A model generated the notes under the pieces. It was given only the letters and a program-made list of their open reading frames with translations, was not told the DNA's origin and did no database searches. A DNA stretch of 63,939 nt, filler included, from Choristocarpus tenellus KU-1152 (Eukaryota > Protista > Phaeophyceae), in the NCBI GenBank assembly GCA_964200185.2. It is 10 parts of 10 records of this genome, joined end to end, with 100 filler letters (N's around TTAATTAATTAA, not from the genome) between each part and the next. Parts side by side here need not be neighbours in the genome. Positions count along the whole stretch, not along the records: positions 47,613 to 56,369 come from CAXNAD020004361.1; positions 56,470 to 61,323 come from CAXNAD020012787.1; positions 61,424 to 63,939 come from CAXNAD020027153.1; 7 more parts are not named here. One strand, written 5' to 3'. Shown piece by piece: positions 53,287 to 63,939 of the stretch. The translations under genes were made by a program, and so were the position numbers. Position 1 is the first letter of the stretch; the number at the start of each line of letters is the position of its first letter.

Positions 53287-53596
53287 CTCTTGAGCGCCAA
53301 GGATTGCCTCCTACTAATTATATTATAGTACTATAGAGTTAGGCACGGACGTGGACGTACATGCTCTACATGGCATTGTTCCTAGTAGTGCTGTGTCTCT
53401 GAACTCCCATGCAGTTGGAGAGTAATCCTTTTCAAGATGACGAGCGAGACATGCAATTTTGTGTACTACTAGTGGGCTCTTAACCTGCTCTGAATTCCCC
53501 CAGATTGCACTATTATGCATGTAAATATTGCCCGATGTATCTCATTTATCAATCACCTCTCTCAATAGCATTGAGAGCTCGTTTAGTGTGATATCT

Positions 53597-53824
53597 GCGT
53601 GAAACTATTATATTAGAGGGTAGGAGATTTGCCCTGTTTGTCCTTTGTTTGGGGCTTGGCTTCCCACACGAGTTTTTTACATTTTCCTCCTCCGAACTTT
53701 CGGAAGTAGGTAAAATGTGTACGTTTTGGAGTAGTTAATAGTTTTCATGTATAAAACTATGAAATGGTCCAAAATTTTATCAAAATCACAACATTGGATT
53801 TCAGTCCTAAATATACTTTGATTC
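53597..53824 (+). mobile_element. Degenerate family A MITE
   Basis: TTAGAGGG..GCCCTGTTTGTCC..GTAGGTAAAATGT..CATTGGAT..ATACTTTGATTC, collinear with 45605-45862. Flanks ATCT/ATTT. Confidence 0.8.
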
Positions 53825-54022
53825 ATTTATAGAAATGGTCCCATTTCTCCCAAAGCATCTCAACGATTGATTTCAGTTGAACTAGAAGGCGTACTGTGTG
53901 ACTTCCCCACAACAAGATATCCAGAAGGTGACAAAGATAATGAGTAATTGCTGACTTCCTCACGTGATCTTCTCTCATATTCCACTACCAAGATCACCTC
54001 TCATCTTTGCTCATACGGATAA

Positions 54023-54211
54023 AACAGCCGATTTCAAAAATTGAGGATGGACTTGACCCAAAATTGACTGGGATAAAGTGTCGATATGTTTTTTATTGTA
54101 TTGGTGAACAGACAATACAAAAAAAAACATATCGACACTTTATGCCAGTCAATTTTGGGTCAAGCCCATCCTCAATGAAAGCTCCATACTCAATTTTTGA
54201 AATCTGCTGTT
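54023..54211. repeat. Long near-perfect hairpin (64-bp stem, 9-nt loop); candidate pre-miRNA or foldback MITE
   Basis: 54040-54103 pairs with 54113-54176 with 3 mismatches; outer arm 54023-54045 pairs with 54189-54211 with 1 mismatch. Confidence 0.9.
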
Positions 54212-56098
54212 GGTGGTGGAGGATATACATACATACGTTAAAGACAAGTCAGCATGCAAAGCGTGCCGGCGAACGAGAAGTACCTTAAGGACTACAAGCC
54301 ATTGCATGCTGTAAATGTGGATGATGCCATGTGGCTTCTATCAACGCCACACCAGTCAGCCACACACTACATAAAGAACGAGCCACGCTTTGACACAGAA
54401 AAAGTGTCGAGTCAATGTTTCCAAGGCTCACATACTGCTTGCACCCAGTCAGGAAGGCATGAAAGAGTCTGGTAGGACTCCTAATTTTTACCTGGTCAGA
54501 AGCAAGCTGTACAGGTGATGGCAATAAGAACTAAATAGTAACCAAATATCAGTTGTCGGTTGAGTGCATGGCTAAATATCCAAAATTGAAGTGACGCGAG
54601 AATTGTAATCAACAAGGGGATAGGGAGTAAGTGTATGGCTTCTGTAGGATTTTCTGCCTGCTACATACATTGGCTCTCTTCTACCGCTCTCTTATTTAGC
54701 ACAAACACACCTACATGTGTCTGGCATGGCAAGCACATAGACTACAAAGAACAGAAAACAAGGTACGCCAGAGACCCAAGAAAGGCCTCCACTATCAGCT
54801 GTTCCTGCTGAAGCAGAGAGTGGTATCTGGTGTCAAGGTACCCAGCATGCAAGAAGACACTAATCACTTGCCACGAAAGAGCACAATCATCAAGCACCCC
54901 AACATGTCCACAGCAGCATTCAACTGCCTGCACATATTGGTGAGAGTCACTGGTCACCACTTTATTCTCCTTCCACAACTTCCGGGATAGCATTGCGCCT
55001 CCTCGAATCTCCAAGCATCACGTAATGCACATCATTTTAATACAACCAACAGATACCCACCACCTCCAAATGCAACAACCCGACAAGAAAGAACAATGCA
55101 CCACAGCATACACATCCAATTACCTACAATAATATCGCACAACCCTCAAAACACCACAACTCTAAACAGTCAGCAAACAGCCACAACACAACACAACACA
55201 ACAAACCACGGCACACTCAACAAACAAAAACACGACACCCTTAGGCAACTCATAGCCAGGCACAGCCGCTTCCTTCCAGCAAGTCCGCCGGCCAAAGGAG
55301 CGACAGTTCCAACCCCTTCCCGATATTCCGTCACACAACATCATTTTTCAGATCTCGGCCTCAGTCTTCCGAAGGCATGACAGCAAGCAACACACAGCAT
55401 ATCCCTTTCACTCCGCCAACCTTGGCACGGAACAACCAACCCCAGTCAACTACAACACGCTTGTTCCTGACACACTCGTACTTCATCTACAATATCCACC
55501 AATGAAAAGCACCACACTCGTCAAGGCACTCCCCAAAGGATACCACCCATCGTTCCTTCACAGTGCACACTGAGCGTACTCCTCCCAGACTGGTGGCAAG
55601 CACACACATCCCCACCAAACACAGGTACACGGAAGGTACAATGTCACAGCAAGGAACAAGTAGTCAAACTGTAGCCAACTAAGGTGCTCCGCTCTCTCCA
55701 TCATTGGCACAAACCGATCAGGACCTTGGTTCCCAGAGTGAACCCTCCCCAAAGTGAACCTAAGACATCGGAATGCTACCAAAACAAGTGTTGGAGGCAG
55801 GTGGCCTCAAGCAAGACCAACGCTTGAAGACGCACGTACAACTACTACGACAAGAGCATTTTAGCAGGGACTTCAACTGGGGATGTAAAGCTGTCCTCAT
55901 CCTCACACACATGCCTTACCCCTCTGTTCCAGCTTCCGACACATGCCTGCCCATTGAACGCCCGTTACACTTGCAACTCCACCCAGTTCACCACTCAACT
56001 CAACCATTCTCTTCAATCCCCGTTGACATACCAATACATATCCACCCACCCCCTCACAACTGCCATATCCCCCCAATCCCTAACCCAAACCAACAGAG

Positions 56099-56260
56099 TT
56101 AAACCTCAATTGTGTACTTGATCTTGGGCATTGAACCAGAGTTGTTGAGTTTCATTGTCTCTGGGCCCACAGCCTCTGCCATACCCAACCCAAGTGGCTC
56201 CAGCATCTCTTCTTGGTCATCATCCATGGCACAGATCTCTCGATACCTTTTCTCGTCCAT
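56099..56260 (-). CDS. Putative exon of an unknown protein (MDEKRYREICAMDDDQEEMLE...KYTIEV*)
   Basis: CAG acceptor followed by 54 codons ending in TAA, protein-like composition. No family recognised. Confidence 0.45.
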   Translation of the reverse strand: MDEKRYREICAMDDDQEEMLEPLGLGMAEAVGPETMKLNNSGSMPKIKYTIEV

Positions 56261-56288
56261 CTGCTCAACCAAATGCAGAGAGGGGAGT

Positions 56289-56319
<31 letters not shown>

Positions 56320-57426
56320 GGGGGGGGGGGAGAAAAAAAGGGGGGGGGGGGGGGGGGGTGTGAAAGCTTNNNNNNNNNNNNNNNNNNNNNNNNNNNNNNN
56401 NNNNNNNNNNNNNTTAATTAATTAANNNNNNNNNNNNNNNNNNNNNNNNNNNNNNNNNNNNNNNNNNNNGGGGGTGGGGGGGAATCGGAGAGCTTTGCTT
56501 TATTGATCAGCAGGTAGAAACAAGTGTTCTTGTCGTTATGCGAAGGCATGAAGTGTTGCTGTGATAAAAAAAATAAAAATAACATCTGGTTGATTTTTTT
56601 TTATTGTATACACCGTTGGTGTCTTGTGTCCATGTGGTGGTGCGGCAGTGTAAATTTTATGGATTCGACTCCTTTTTTTTTTACTGTTCTGTGACATGCA
56701 CAAAATAGACTAGGTGAGAGTTTTACAGGCCTTGCAAGGCATGCACCTTCACAGGTCTTATCACAGTCAAAGAATAGCAATGGCTATGTCTTTTTTTTCT
56801 CCTGTGGTAGATACGGCCTCTTCGCCCATCAGACACAAGAACAGATAGAGCAAAGATAGAAAGTGACGGTAATGGATTGGTTCTTGTTTGTGGTGCGTAC
56901 CCCTACTGCTGATGATCCCTACTCCCATGAGGCCTCCCCACTTCAGAACAAAATTGTACCAAACCATCCATGCTCTTCATCCACCAAAGAAGTCATTTAT
57001 TTTTGTATTGAAATAACAGACTAGAACCGAAAACTAGATCAATTATAAACAAAGAAATGCTTTTACCGCCCACAACACGTTCAGACCTCATCTGTTCTGC
57101 TTAATTTCTGAATCTTGATACTTGGAGTATATATATATATTTAAGCTTTTTTTTTTGTTCTGTTTAGTAGGTTTGGTTGCTCGAAACCTCAGTCAATCAA
57201 AATGACAGCAACACAGGCCCTCTATGCACCAATACTTCCTTACTCTCTATCTCACTCACTGATGTCACCAGCCTGTGTCCCTCCATTCCTACCCTTGTGG
57301 CACTAAGTGCAACTTTCTCGACACCTCCCCCTCCCCCAACCCACCTTCACTTGAAACAACTATCTGAACAATCTTCCGCTTGGGGATGGGTGGGGGTGGG
57401 GACGCCTTCCTGGACTGTCAAAATAG

Positions 57427-58598
57427 GTGTCAGTTGTAGACTTCAATACTTGGCTAGGAGTCAAGAATGTAAGTCGCAGGCGTGCTCCACAGGAGGAACA
57501 ACATTCAAAGGAGTTCGACCTCCTTGGTAAGGCCACTGGCAGGAGTGAGAGTAAAGGTAAGACCAGGGTCAAGATCAAAGTCAAGACTGAGAGCAAAGTT
57601 GGTTGTACCTCAGTCGTCTCAGAAGGGAGAAGCATTGGCGACGTCATGGAGGAGGGGGAAGGGGATCGGTTGAAGGCAGAGATCGACTGGGGGAGGAGCA
57701 AGGAGGAAAGGGACAAGGAGGAGGAGGAGGAGGAGGAGGAGGAGGTGCCTCTTGTTGCGAAGGACTTTGATGGATGGGCTGTGGAGACACGCCTCGTGGA
57801 GGTGAGGGAGTAGGACAGGGTAGGGATGGGGTTGAGGGCTGAAGGGGGATGTAAGCATGTGTGTTATTTATTTCGAACCATGATGAGTCTCTTTCTTACA
57901 TGGTTTGGTCACTTGGTTTGTGTTTGCCAGGGTATTTGCGGAAGATAATACGGTAGTCCCTGACCTGGTTCCACGTCGGATTTGAGCCTTGGTTGGTTGA
58001 TGCTCTACGATTGCTGTTTCTGCTTGGTGTTACTATCTTTTATGGAGCACTCTGTGCCACGTTAGTTATAGTAGTAAATTCTTATGTAGGGGGTATCACA
58101 ATCATCAAAAGAGGAGGAAGCAACCTGTCGCTGCTGAATGCATAATTTTTACCATGTCGAGGCAGTCGCCTGTAGCCGACCACCAAACTTGTATTGCATG
58201 CATTGTTGGCCTATCTAAAGTGGTAAATGTGGATCAACTCTTATTTTGGTGCAACGCCTCTATTTTCACCTTCTACACACAATTGCTCCGACACGCTTAC
58301 ACTTTGCAGCTGCAAACCGTCCGATTTTCTCGATGTCTGTCTTGTTGCCCCTCCTCTGTTCTGTGTGCATCATGCTGACTTCTTCACTATCCCTTGTCCC
58401 ACTCTCATTTGTCTGCCTCTCTCGATTTTCTATGACTGTGTACTTGGTGCCCGTTCTCCCTCTCAGGTGAAGGGTCCAAGTGACCGCCTTTCAGAGAGAC
58501 AGGTAGCATGGCTGCGAATTCTTGGGGAGGCTGGTAGTGTCTGCCATGTAGTAGAAGGTAGTGCTGGAAGGCACTGCACAGGAAATCTCACTTCTTGA
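57427..58598 (+). CDS. FAN1: FAN1-like VRR-NUC nuclease C-terminus, 5'-partial; exons 57427..57801 and 58467..58598
   Basis: Phase-0 splice yields RLVE|VKGPSDRLSERQVAWLRILGEAGSVCHV, the VRR-NUC EVK..D.LS..Q..W motif. Confidence 0.85.
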
Positions 58599-58891
58599 CG
58601 TGAGAGGATTGCTGTAGGACTGTGAGTACTGGACTGTAGTATAGCCTATGTGTGTAATAATATATATATATATATATATTTACTTCAAAGTGTCATTTTC
58701 GTGTGCTGGCATTTAATAACATGTGTCGGAAGAGAGACATTTAACGTTCTGCTGTAAGGTAATGATAGAAAGAACACAATGTGTTTCAAGTAATGTGTAG
58801 CAGAAACTGTGCTTATTTTCCTACTGATGATGTATATCAAAGTTAAATGCGCCTGGAGGTGACAATTAAAAACAACACGTTTTTTTTATCA

Positions 58892-59830
58892 TTATTGTTG
58901 TTTGTCGCGATAAAAAGATTGATGCTCCTGGCAACAAGCGCACTTCATTAGCATTCCATAGTCTGCCCCGGCGTCCTGAGGAGCAATATGAAGGGGAGAT
59001 GTGTGATCCTGTGTCTCTGCTTCAATGTCCTCCTCATCCCTCAGCAACTCTTTCACTGCCTTTGCTTGCCCTTGAGTAGCATGATGAAGGGGAAGTGAGT
59101 CACCTTTTGAGCATGCTCTTATTATGTCTGCATCACCTGTCAGCAACTCTCGTACCAGCTCCAAGTGCCAGAGGTGAGCCCGTTCGTAAAGGGTAGTTAA
59201 TCCTTCATGTGTTCCACATAGTGGTTTTACCAGCCCACAGCAGGTGTTGGAATCTCTAAATGAGCAGCATTGGGAAGTGGATAGTAATTGTGTCTGCATG
59301 TTGTACATAATATACCCCAGCCCCCACCAGCTCTCTCACTAACTCCAGCATCGCCTTGAGCAGAAAGATGGAGAGTGGTCATCCCACACCTGTGTTCCAA
59401 TATCTGCCCCAATCCTTGGTAGCTCTTCTACTACCTCCACGTGCCCTGCTCAGGCAGCAACATGAAAGGGAGAAAAGTCGGTATCTTCCCATTCTGCTCA
59501 GTCTACCCTAGCCCCCAGCAGCCCTTGCACTACCCCCACATACTGTGTGTCAGCAATGCGACTCAATATGTCTCCATGCTGTGTTATCAGCCTCAGCCTG
59601 CAGCTCCTCTCTACTAATCACCTCTGTGTATGTGCCCTTCTTGAATAATAGCATAACGGGGAGAGTAGCCATTAATTCCCTGTAATGCAAAGTCTGCCCA
59701 AGCCCCCAGAAGGTTTCACACAAGTATCACATACATGCAGACCCTTTATCTGCCCAGGCTAAAATGTATGCCCCAGTACCCACCAGCTCTCCCACTACCT
59801 TCACAGTGAACAGGGGAGCAGCCATCCTCG
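58892..59830 (-). pseudogene. Ankyrin-repeat pseudogene
   Basis: LPLHHATQGQAKAVKELL, TSPLHIA, TTLHLSAQG, SPFHVAA*AGHVEVVEEL..IGAD in shifting frames. Confidence 0.85.
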
Positions 59831-61240
59831 AGACTACCACACTTCATCACGATCTCCTCAACTGGAGCTGGTCCATTTTGTGAGGTCAGTTGGAACAGGG
59901 GATGTTCTTCAATGATGCCATGCACTCTGAGACAATTTCAACTCTAACGTATGCATGTATGAATGCCAGACCAATACCACAACAAGAAGAGAGACAGTAT
60001 CCTAGAGGGAGGACCAATTCACTGTAAGGGGCCTCTGTAGCTGCCTCTAGGTACATGCACTCTTAGCACTCTGGAGGGTACTTTTGCGATTGCATGCATG
60101 AATCCTGTCCCTTCCACAGTGACATTTTCCTGATGGGTGCTAGAGCTGTATTTCAGGTATGGGAATTGTAAGCCCCTCCACAGTAACTAGTACTACATAG
60201 TGGGGAAAATGGTATAACTTGAGCCCACTATGTCTCAGAAGTGCGTATTTTCTTAAAAAGAATAGAAATTGGAAAGGGTAGTGTACATAGATAGGTGTAA
60301 GTTCATCTCCGCAGGGTGACAAAATCATGCTCGACTCCAGAGTATGTGTGACACAGGAGATAGTTGTATATTGTAACACAGATTTATTTTTGAAGGTACT
60401 GCATCAATCCTCACACTGGGCAATGTGCGGCACCAAATGTTTGCAAAGAGGAAGTAGCCCTAAATAGACAACATTTTGTGGGCATACTAAAAGAAAATGG
60501 AAAAGAGATTTAACTCCACAGGTGACCATTGTGCCACTTTTGTTGGGGGCAACAACGGTACAGCCATTAACTTTTCTTTGTTATCTTCACTTGAACTTCT
60601 AATGCCCAACAGCATATTCCCAACTTTTTCCCTTTTCCGTAGGGATTTTTCGGGTATGGATGTGATGCCTGAAGGAAATCGTTCGAAGTAGTTATGCTGG
60701 CGTGTACCCACCCCTGATCTTCAACTTAAACTAATCCATTGTCCATTGGTGAGATATTTTGTCCTACAACATAGGTTGAAGAGTCAGAGAAGCGTTGAAT
60801 GAGGTGTCTGTGACATTAGGCATGAAGAAGGTGATCATCTAATGTGTTGTTGAAGATGACAAGGTGAACGTCCTCCAGGATTCCTTTTTTATTGTAGTGG
60901 ACGAGGGACACGAGAATGACATTTGCTGACTATGGTCCTCTGGAACAGTTTGGGCTGAGATGGAAACATCATTGTCCATTCTTAACCATTGTGCTTACAG
61001 TTTAATTCAAGTCGTAGCCGACACATTTTTATTTGTATTTTCCCAACAGTGCAACACACATGAAAAAAGTCTCTTCCACAGATTATAATGAGTCAAGCCC
61101 CCCCCCCTCCCTCCCCCTTTGCCTGCTTTTTTTCCCTAACATTTGTAAGCAAGCATGACCTACTGCAAACAACGTTTGAACATGACCACTGTCGATCCAA
61201 AAAATGGTACACCACTTTAGTGTCAACTTTGTTTTGCTCA

Positions 61241-61271
<31 letters not shown>

Positions 61272-61625
61272 GATGTTTTTTTTTTCGGAAGGGGAAAAGA
61301 CAGGACTCCTGCCCCACCCAACANNNNNNNNNNNNNNNNNNNNNNNNNNNNNNNNNNNNNNNNNNNNTTAATTAATTAANNNNNNNNNNNNNNNNNNNNN
61401 NNNNNNNNNNNNNNNNNNNNNNNTATTGTGGCAAACGTTGAACACACGACGGATCCAACACTTATCCGCAAGGCCCATAGTCTTCTACGCAACGTATTTG
61501 GGTGCCGCATTAGATTGGTTCGGACTCGGAAATAGGAAGACAATGAGAGATCTTCACAACAGCTGTAACCCAACAAGAGGAGGAGTAGAGCGCCACCATC
61601 CCACCAACGTTGACAACTCCCTCAC

Positions 61626-62530
61626 CTTTTTGTACATTTTCCGGATCTCTGCCAGTGACACTTCTTTTTTCTTCATCTGTCGCTTGATAGCTTCTTCAAG
61701 CTCATGCTGAAAATATACCTTATCGTACAGCGTGCACTCAACCACACTATCAGTCGCATCGTTGAATGCTATAAGCATGGCGGTGCAGTGGGCAAACGGG
61801 GCAAAGGGTAGGTGGGAAGCGGTCGCAGGACACACGTGGCAGGCAGTAGTGAGCAACATGTTGCTGCTGACAGAAAGACCACGAGGGATAATAAAGATCA
61901 ACAACAAAAAGATCTACAACGGGCTGACTGACGATGAACCAAACAAAGGAAACACGGCAACAACTTCGTAGATCAGAAGAGTCATCAGGCGATCATGGAA
62001 CAATGACAACACTCAGCTTACTTAGTTGCTTAGTTGATCAGAAGAGTCAGGCGATCATGGAACAACAACAACACTAATGAATACTCACCGTTGGCAATTA
62101 GCCTCTCTTCTGCTTGGTTGAACTCCATCTAGACCCGCATCATGAAAGCGTGTTCATGATCGAACTCTCTCTTCAACACCGTTATTCTATGGTTTCCACC
62201 CAGTGTTCATCCTTGGACAGCAAGCGCAGTGTCGGCAGTGAGCTGGTCCCCGTTGCCTAAGCAGTCTCGTTGGATGACAATGGGCAGAGCAAACTGCTCC
62301 AGCCAGCCTTTTTCACGGATAGACTTGCTGACGCGCGCAAGGCCGCGCTCGCTCAGGGGACGCACTATCTTCGTGCATGTGATGTTGCCGAGTTTCATCT
62401 TGTACATGCCAAGGTAGTGCTGTTCAAGGAGAGAGGACATGCCCTTGGCATTACTATCCGATGCTCTCGATCCGTGGGCAGCGAGCACCATTGGCGCGCA
62501 TTGGGTCGTTGTTGAGCAAATGTTGGACAT
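61626..62530 (-). pseudogene. Intron-containing ParB/Spo0J-like gene; exons 62089..62530 and 61626..61768, continuing off-contig
   Basis: MKLGNI..VRPLSERGLARVSKSIREKGW..PIVI..*TLGGNHRITVLK..RV*..RLIANAFND..TLYDKVYF..SLAEIRKMYKK. Phase-1 GTGAGT..TAG intron. Stops at 62207-62209 and 62129-62131. Confidence 0.75.
61969..62076. repeat. Short direct duplication inside the ParB-like intron
   Basis: GATCAGAAGAGTCA..GGCGATCATGGAACAA..ACAACACT occurs twice. Confidence 0.9.
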
Positions 62531-62635
62531 GGCGAAGATTGGGAAGGTGTGACGGGGATAGATAAGAAAGAGCAGCTGGTGGTATGTGCAGAAGGGAAGG
62601 AATGGAAATAAGGAGTGAGGGCTGGGAGGTGCTGC

Positions 62636-63890
62636 TTTATTTCATCTGGTCGGTCGGTGCCCAAAAACCTCTGATTTCTCTTTCCATTGATAACTATGTT
62701 CCAAAAAATATGAATATCAAACAGTATACAATTTTATATTTAAAACAGATAGAGAGTATCAGTTTTTTGTGACCTTTTCGTTTCGGAACATTTCAAACGT
62801 ATTAGATCAATGAAGTATGTGGTTTGCATATTTATTTGTTGATATTAAGAATACAATATAACCTTTATTTTATAAAAATCGTAACACACGTATTTTCAAG
62901 AACATGGATTTCAGGCTGGTCAGTCGGTGCCCAAAGAACTCAGATTTCTCTTTCCGTTGATAATTGTGTTCCAAAAAGTATGAATATCAAACAGTATACG
63001 ATTTCATATCAAAAACAGATAGAAAGTATCAGTTTTTTGTGACCTTTTAGTTTGGGAACATTTGAAATGTATAAGATCAATTAAGTATGTGCTTGGTATT
63101 TGTATTTCTTGAAATTACGAATATAATCGAATTTTTAATTTCTAAAAACCATAATGCATGTATTTTCCGGTTCATGGATTTCAGAGTGGTCTGACGGATC
63201 GCCCGAAACTCAAAGTTCGTTTTTCGTCGACATTTTTATTTTTTTAAATACAAATGTCGAACAATTAAGTATGTGCTCGGTATTCTTATTTATTGAAATT
63301 ACGAATAAAATCGAATTTTTAATTTCTAAAAACCATAATGCACGTATTTTCCGGTTCATGGATTTCAGGGTGATCTGACGGATCGCCCCAAACTCAAAGT
63401 TCACTTTTGGTCGACGGTTGTATTTTAAAACAATATAAGATTTTGTATTTAAAACAATTAGATGGTATCAGTTTTTTGTGACCTTTTAGTTTGGGAACAT
63501 ATGAAACGTATAAGAATAATTAAGTATGTGGTTTGTATTTTTATTTATTGAATATAATCGAATTTTTGATTTCTAAAAATCATAATACACCTGTTTTCCG
63601 GATCATAGATCTCAGGGTGGTCCCACGGATAGCCAGAAATTCGAACATTGTTCATAAGCCCGGCTTCGAATTCAATTCTATCGTGCCCAAGACCGACTGT
63701 TGCCTGAAACCACATTAGAATCTAGTTTTTATTTCATCACAGCGAGAATAAACGCGTTTTCCAGAACACGGATTTCATTTTGGTCCGACGGGTCTCTTCA
63801 AACTCAAACATCGTACGCCCGGCTTCGAATTCTATTTACTCCTAGACCTTCTCACTGCCCAAGACCGCCCGTTGCCCGAAAACACCATGA
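62636..63890. repeat. AT-rich degenerate tandem array of six units (spacings ~269, 270, 184, 247, 163 bp)
   Basis: Core CATGGATTTCAGGGTGGTCTGACGG..GCCC..AAACTC-like motif at ~62636, 62903, 63173, 63357, 63604, 63767. Confidence 0.92.
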
Positions 63891-63939
63891 CAGTTGCTCC
63901 CACAGCAAGGGGGTGGCTTTTGTCGTCTGCGCCCCCCCC

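Noticed and set aside
55210-55900. Possible LINE 3' remnant on the minus strand
   Set aside because: Too degenerate; no diagnostic RT motif readable.
61424-61576. Third exon of the ParB-like gene (HPNTLRRRLWAL, HTH-like)
   Set aside because: No phase-0 AG acceptor reaches that frame; cannot be supported.
62129-62209. Alternative genetic code or read-through at the ParB-like stops
   Set aside because: TGA, TAG and TAA all act as stops in intact genes here; single substitutions (e.g. CGA to TGA) are simpler.

Overview
Eukaryotic, intron-rich, transposon-littered DNA from a stramenopile; the histone sequences and gene style suggest a brown alga or close relative (inference). The window is not one locus. 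It is ten short contigs joined by nine artificial 100-bp linkers (N44-TTAATTAATTAA-N44), so neighbourhoods are only meaningful within a contig. Host genes rebuilt by hand-splicing: an intact divergent H2B/H2A pair sharing a non-canonical 3' stem-loop, a class I SAM methyltransferase (5 exons), a mitochondrial carrier (NDT1/SLC25A32-like, with a GC-AG intron), a FAN1-like VRR-NUC C-terminus, a RanBP2 zinc-finger protein, a glycosyltransferase exon and some hypothetical genes. Decayed mobile DNA: Ty1/copia, Ty3/gypsy (integrase with chromo-like and Tudor-like tail), DD39D mariner, piggyBac, a 258-bp MITE family and foldback elements. Most striking: the last contig carries a spliceosomal-intron-containing ParB/Spo0J-like gene (ParB/Srx domain plus probable HTH start, pseudogenised by two stops) directly downstream of a ~1.3-kb array of six related repeat units, a ParB/parS-like arrangement in a eukaryotic nucleus.
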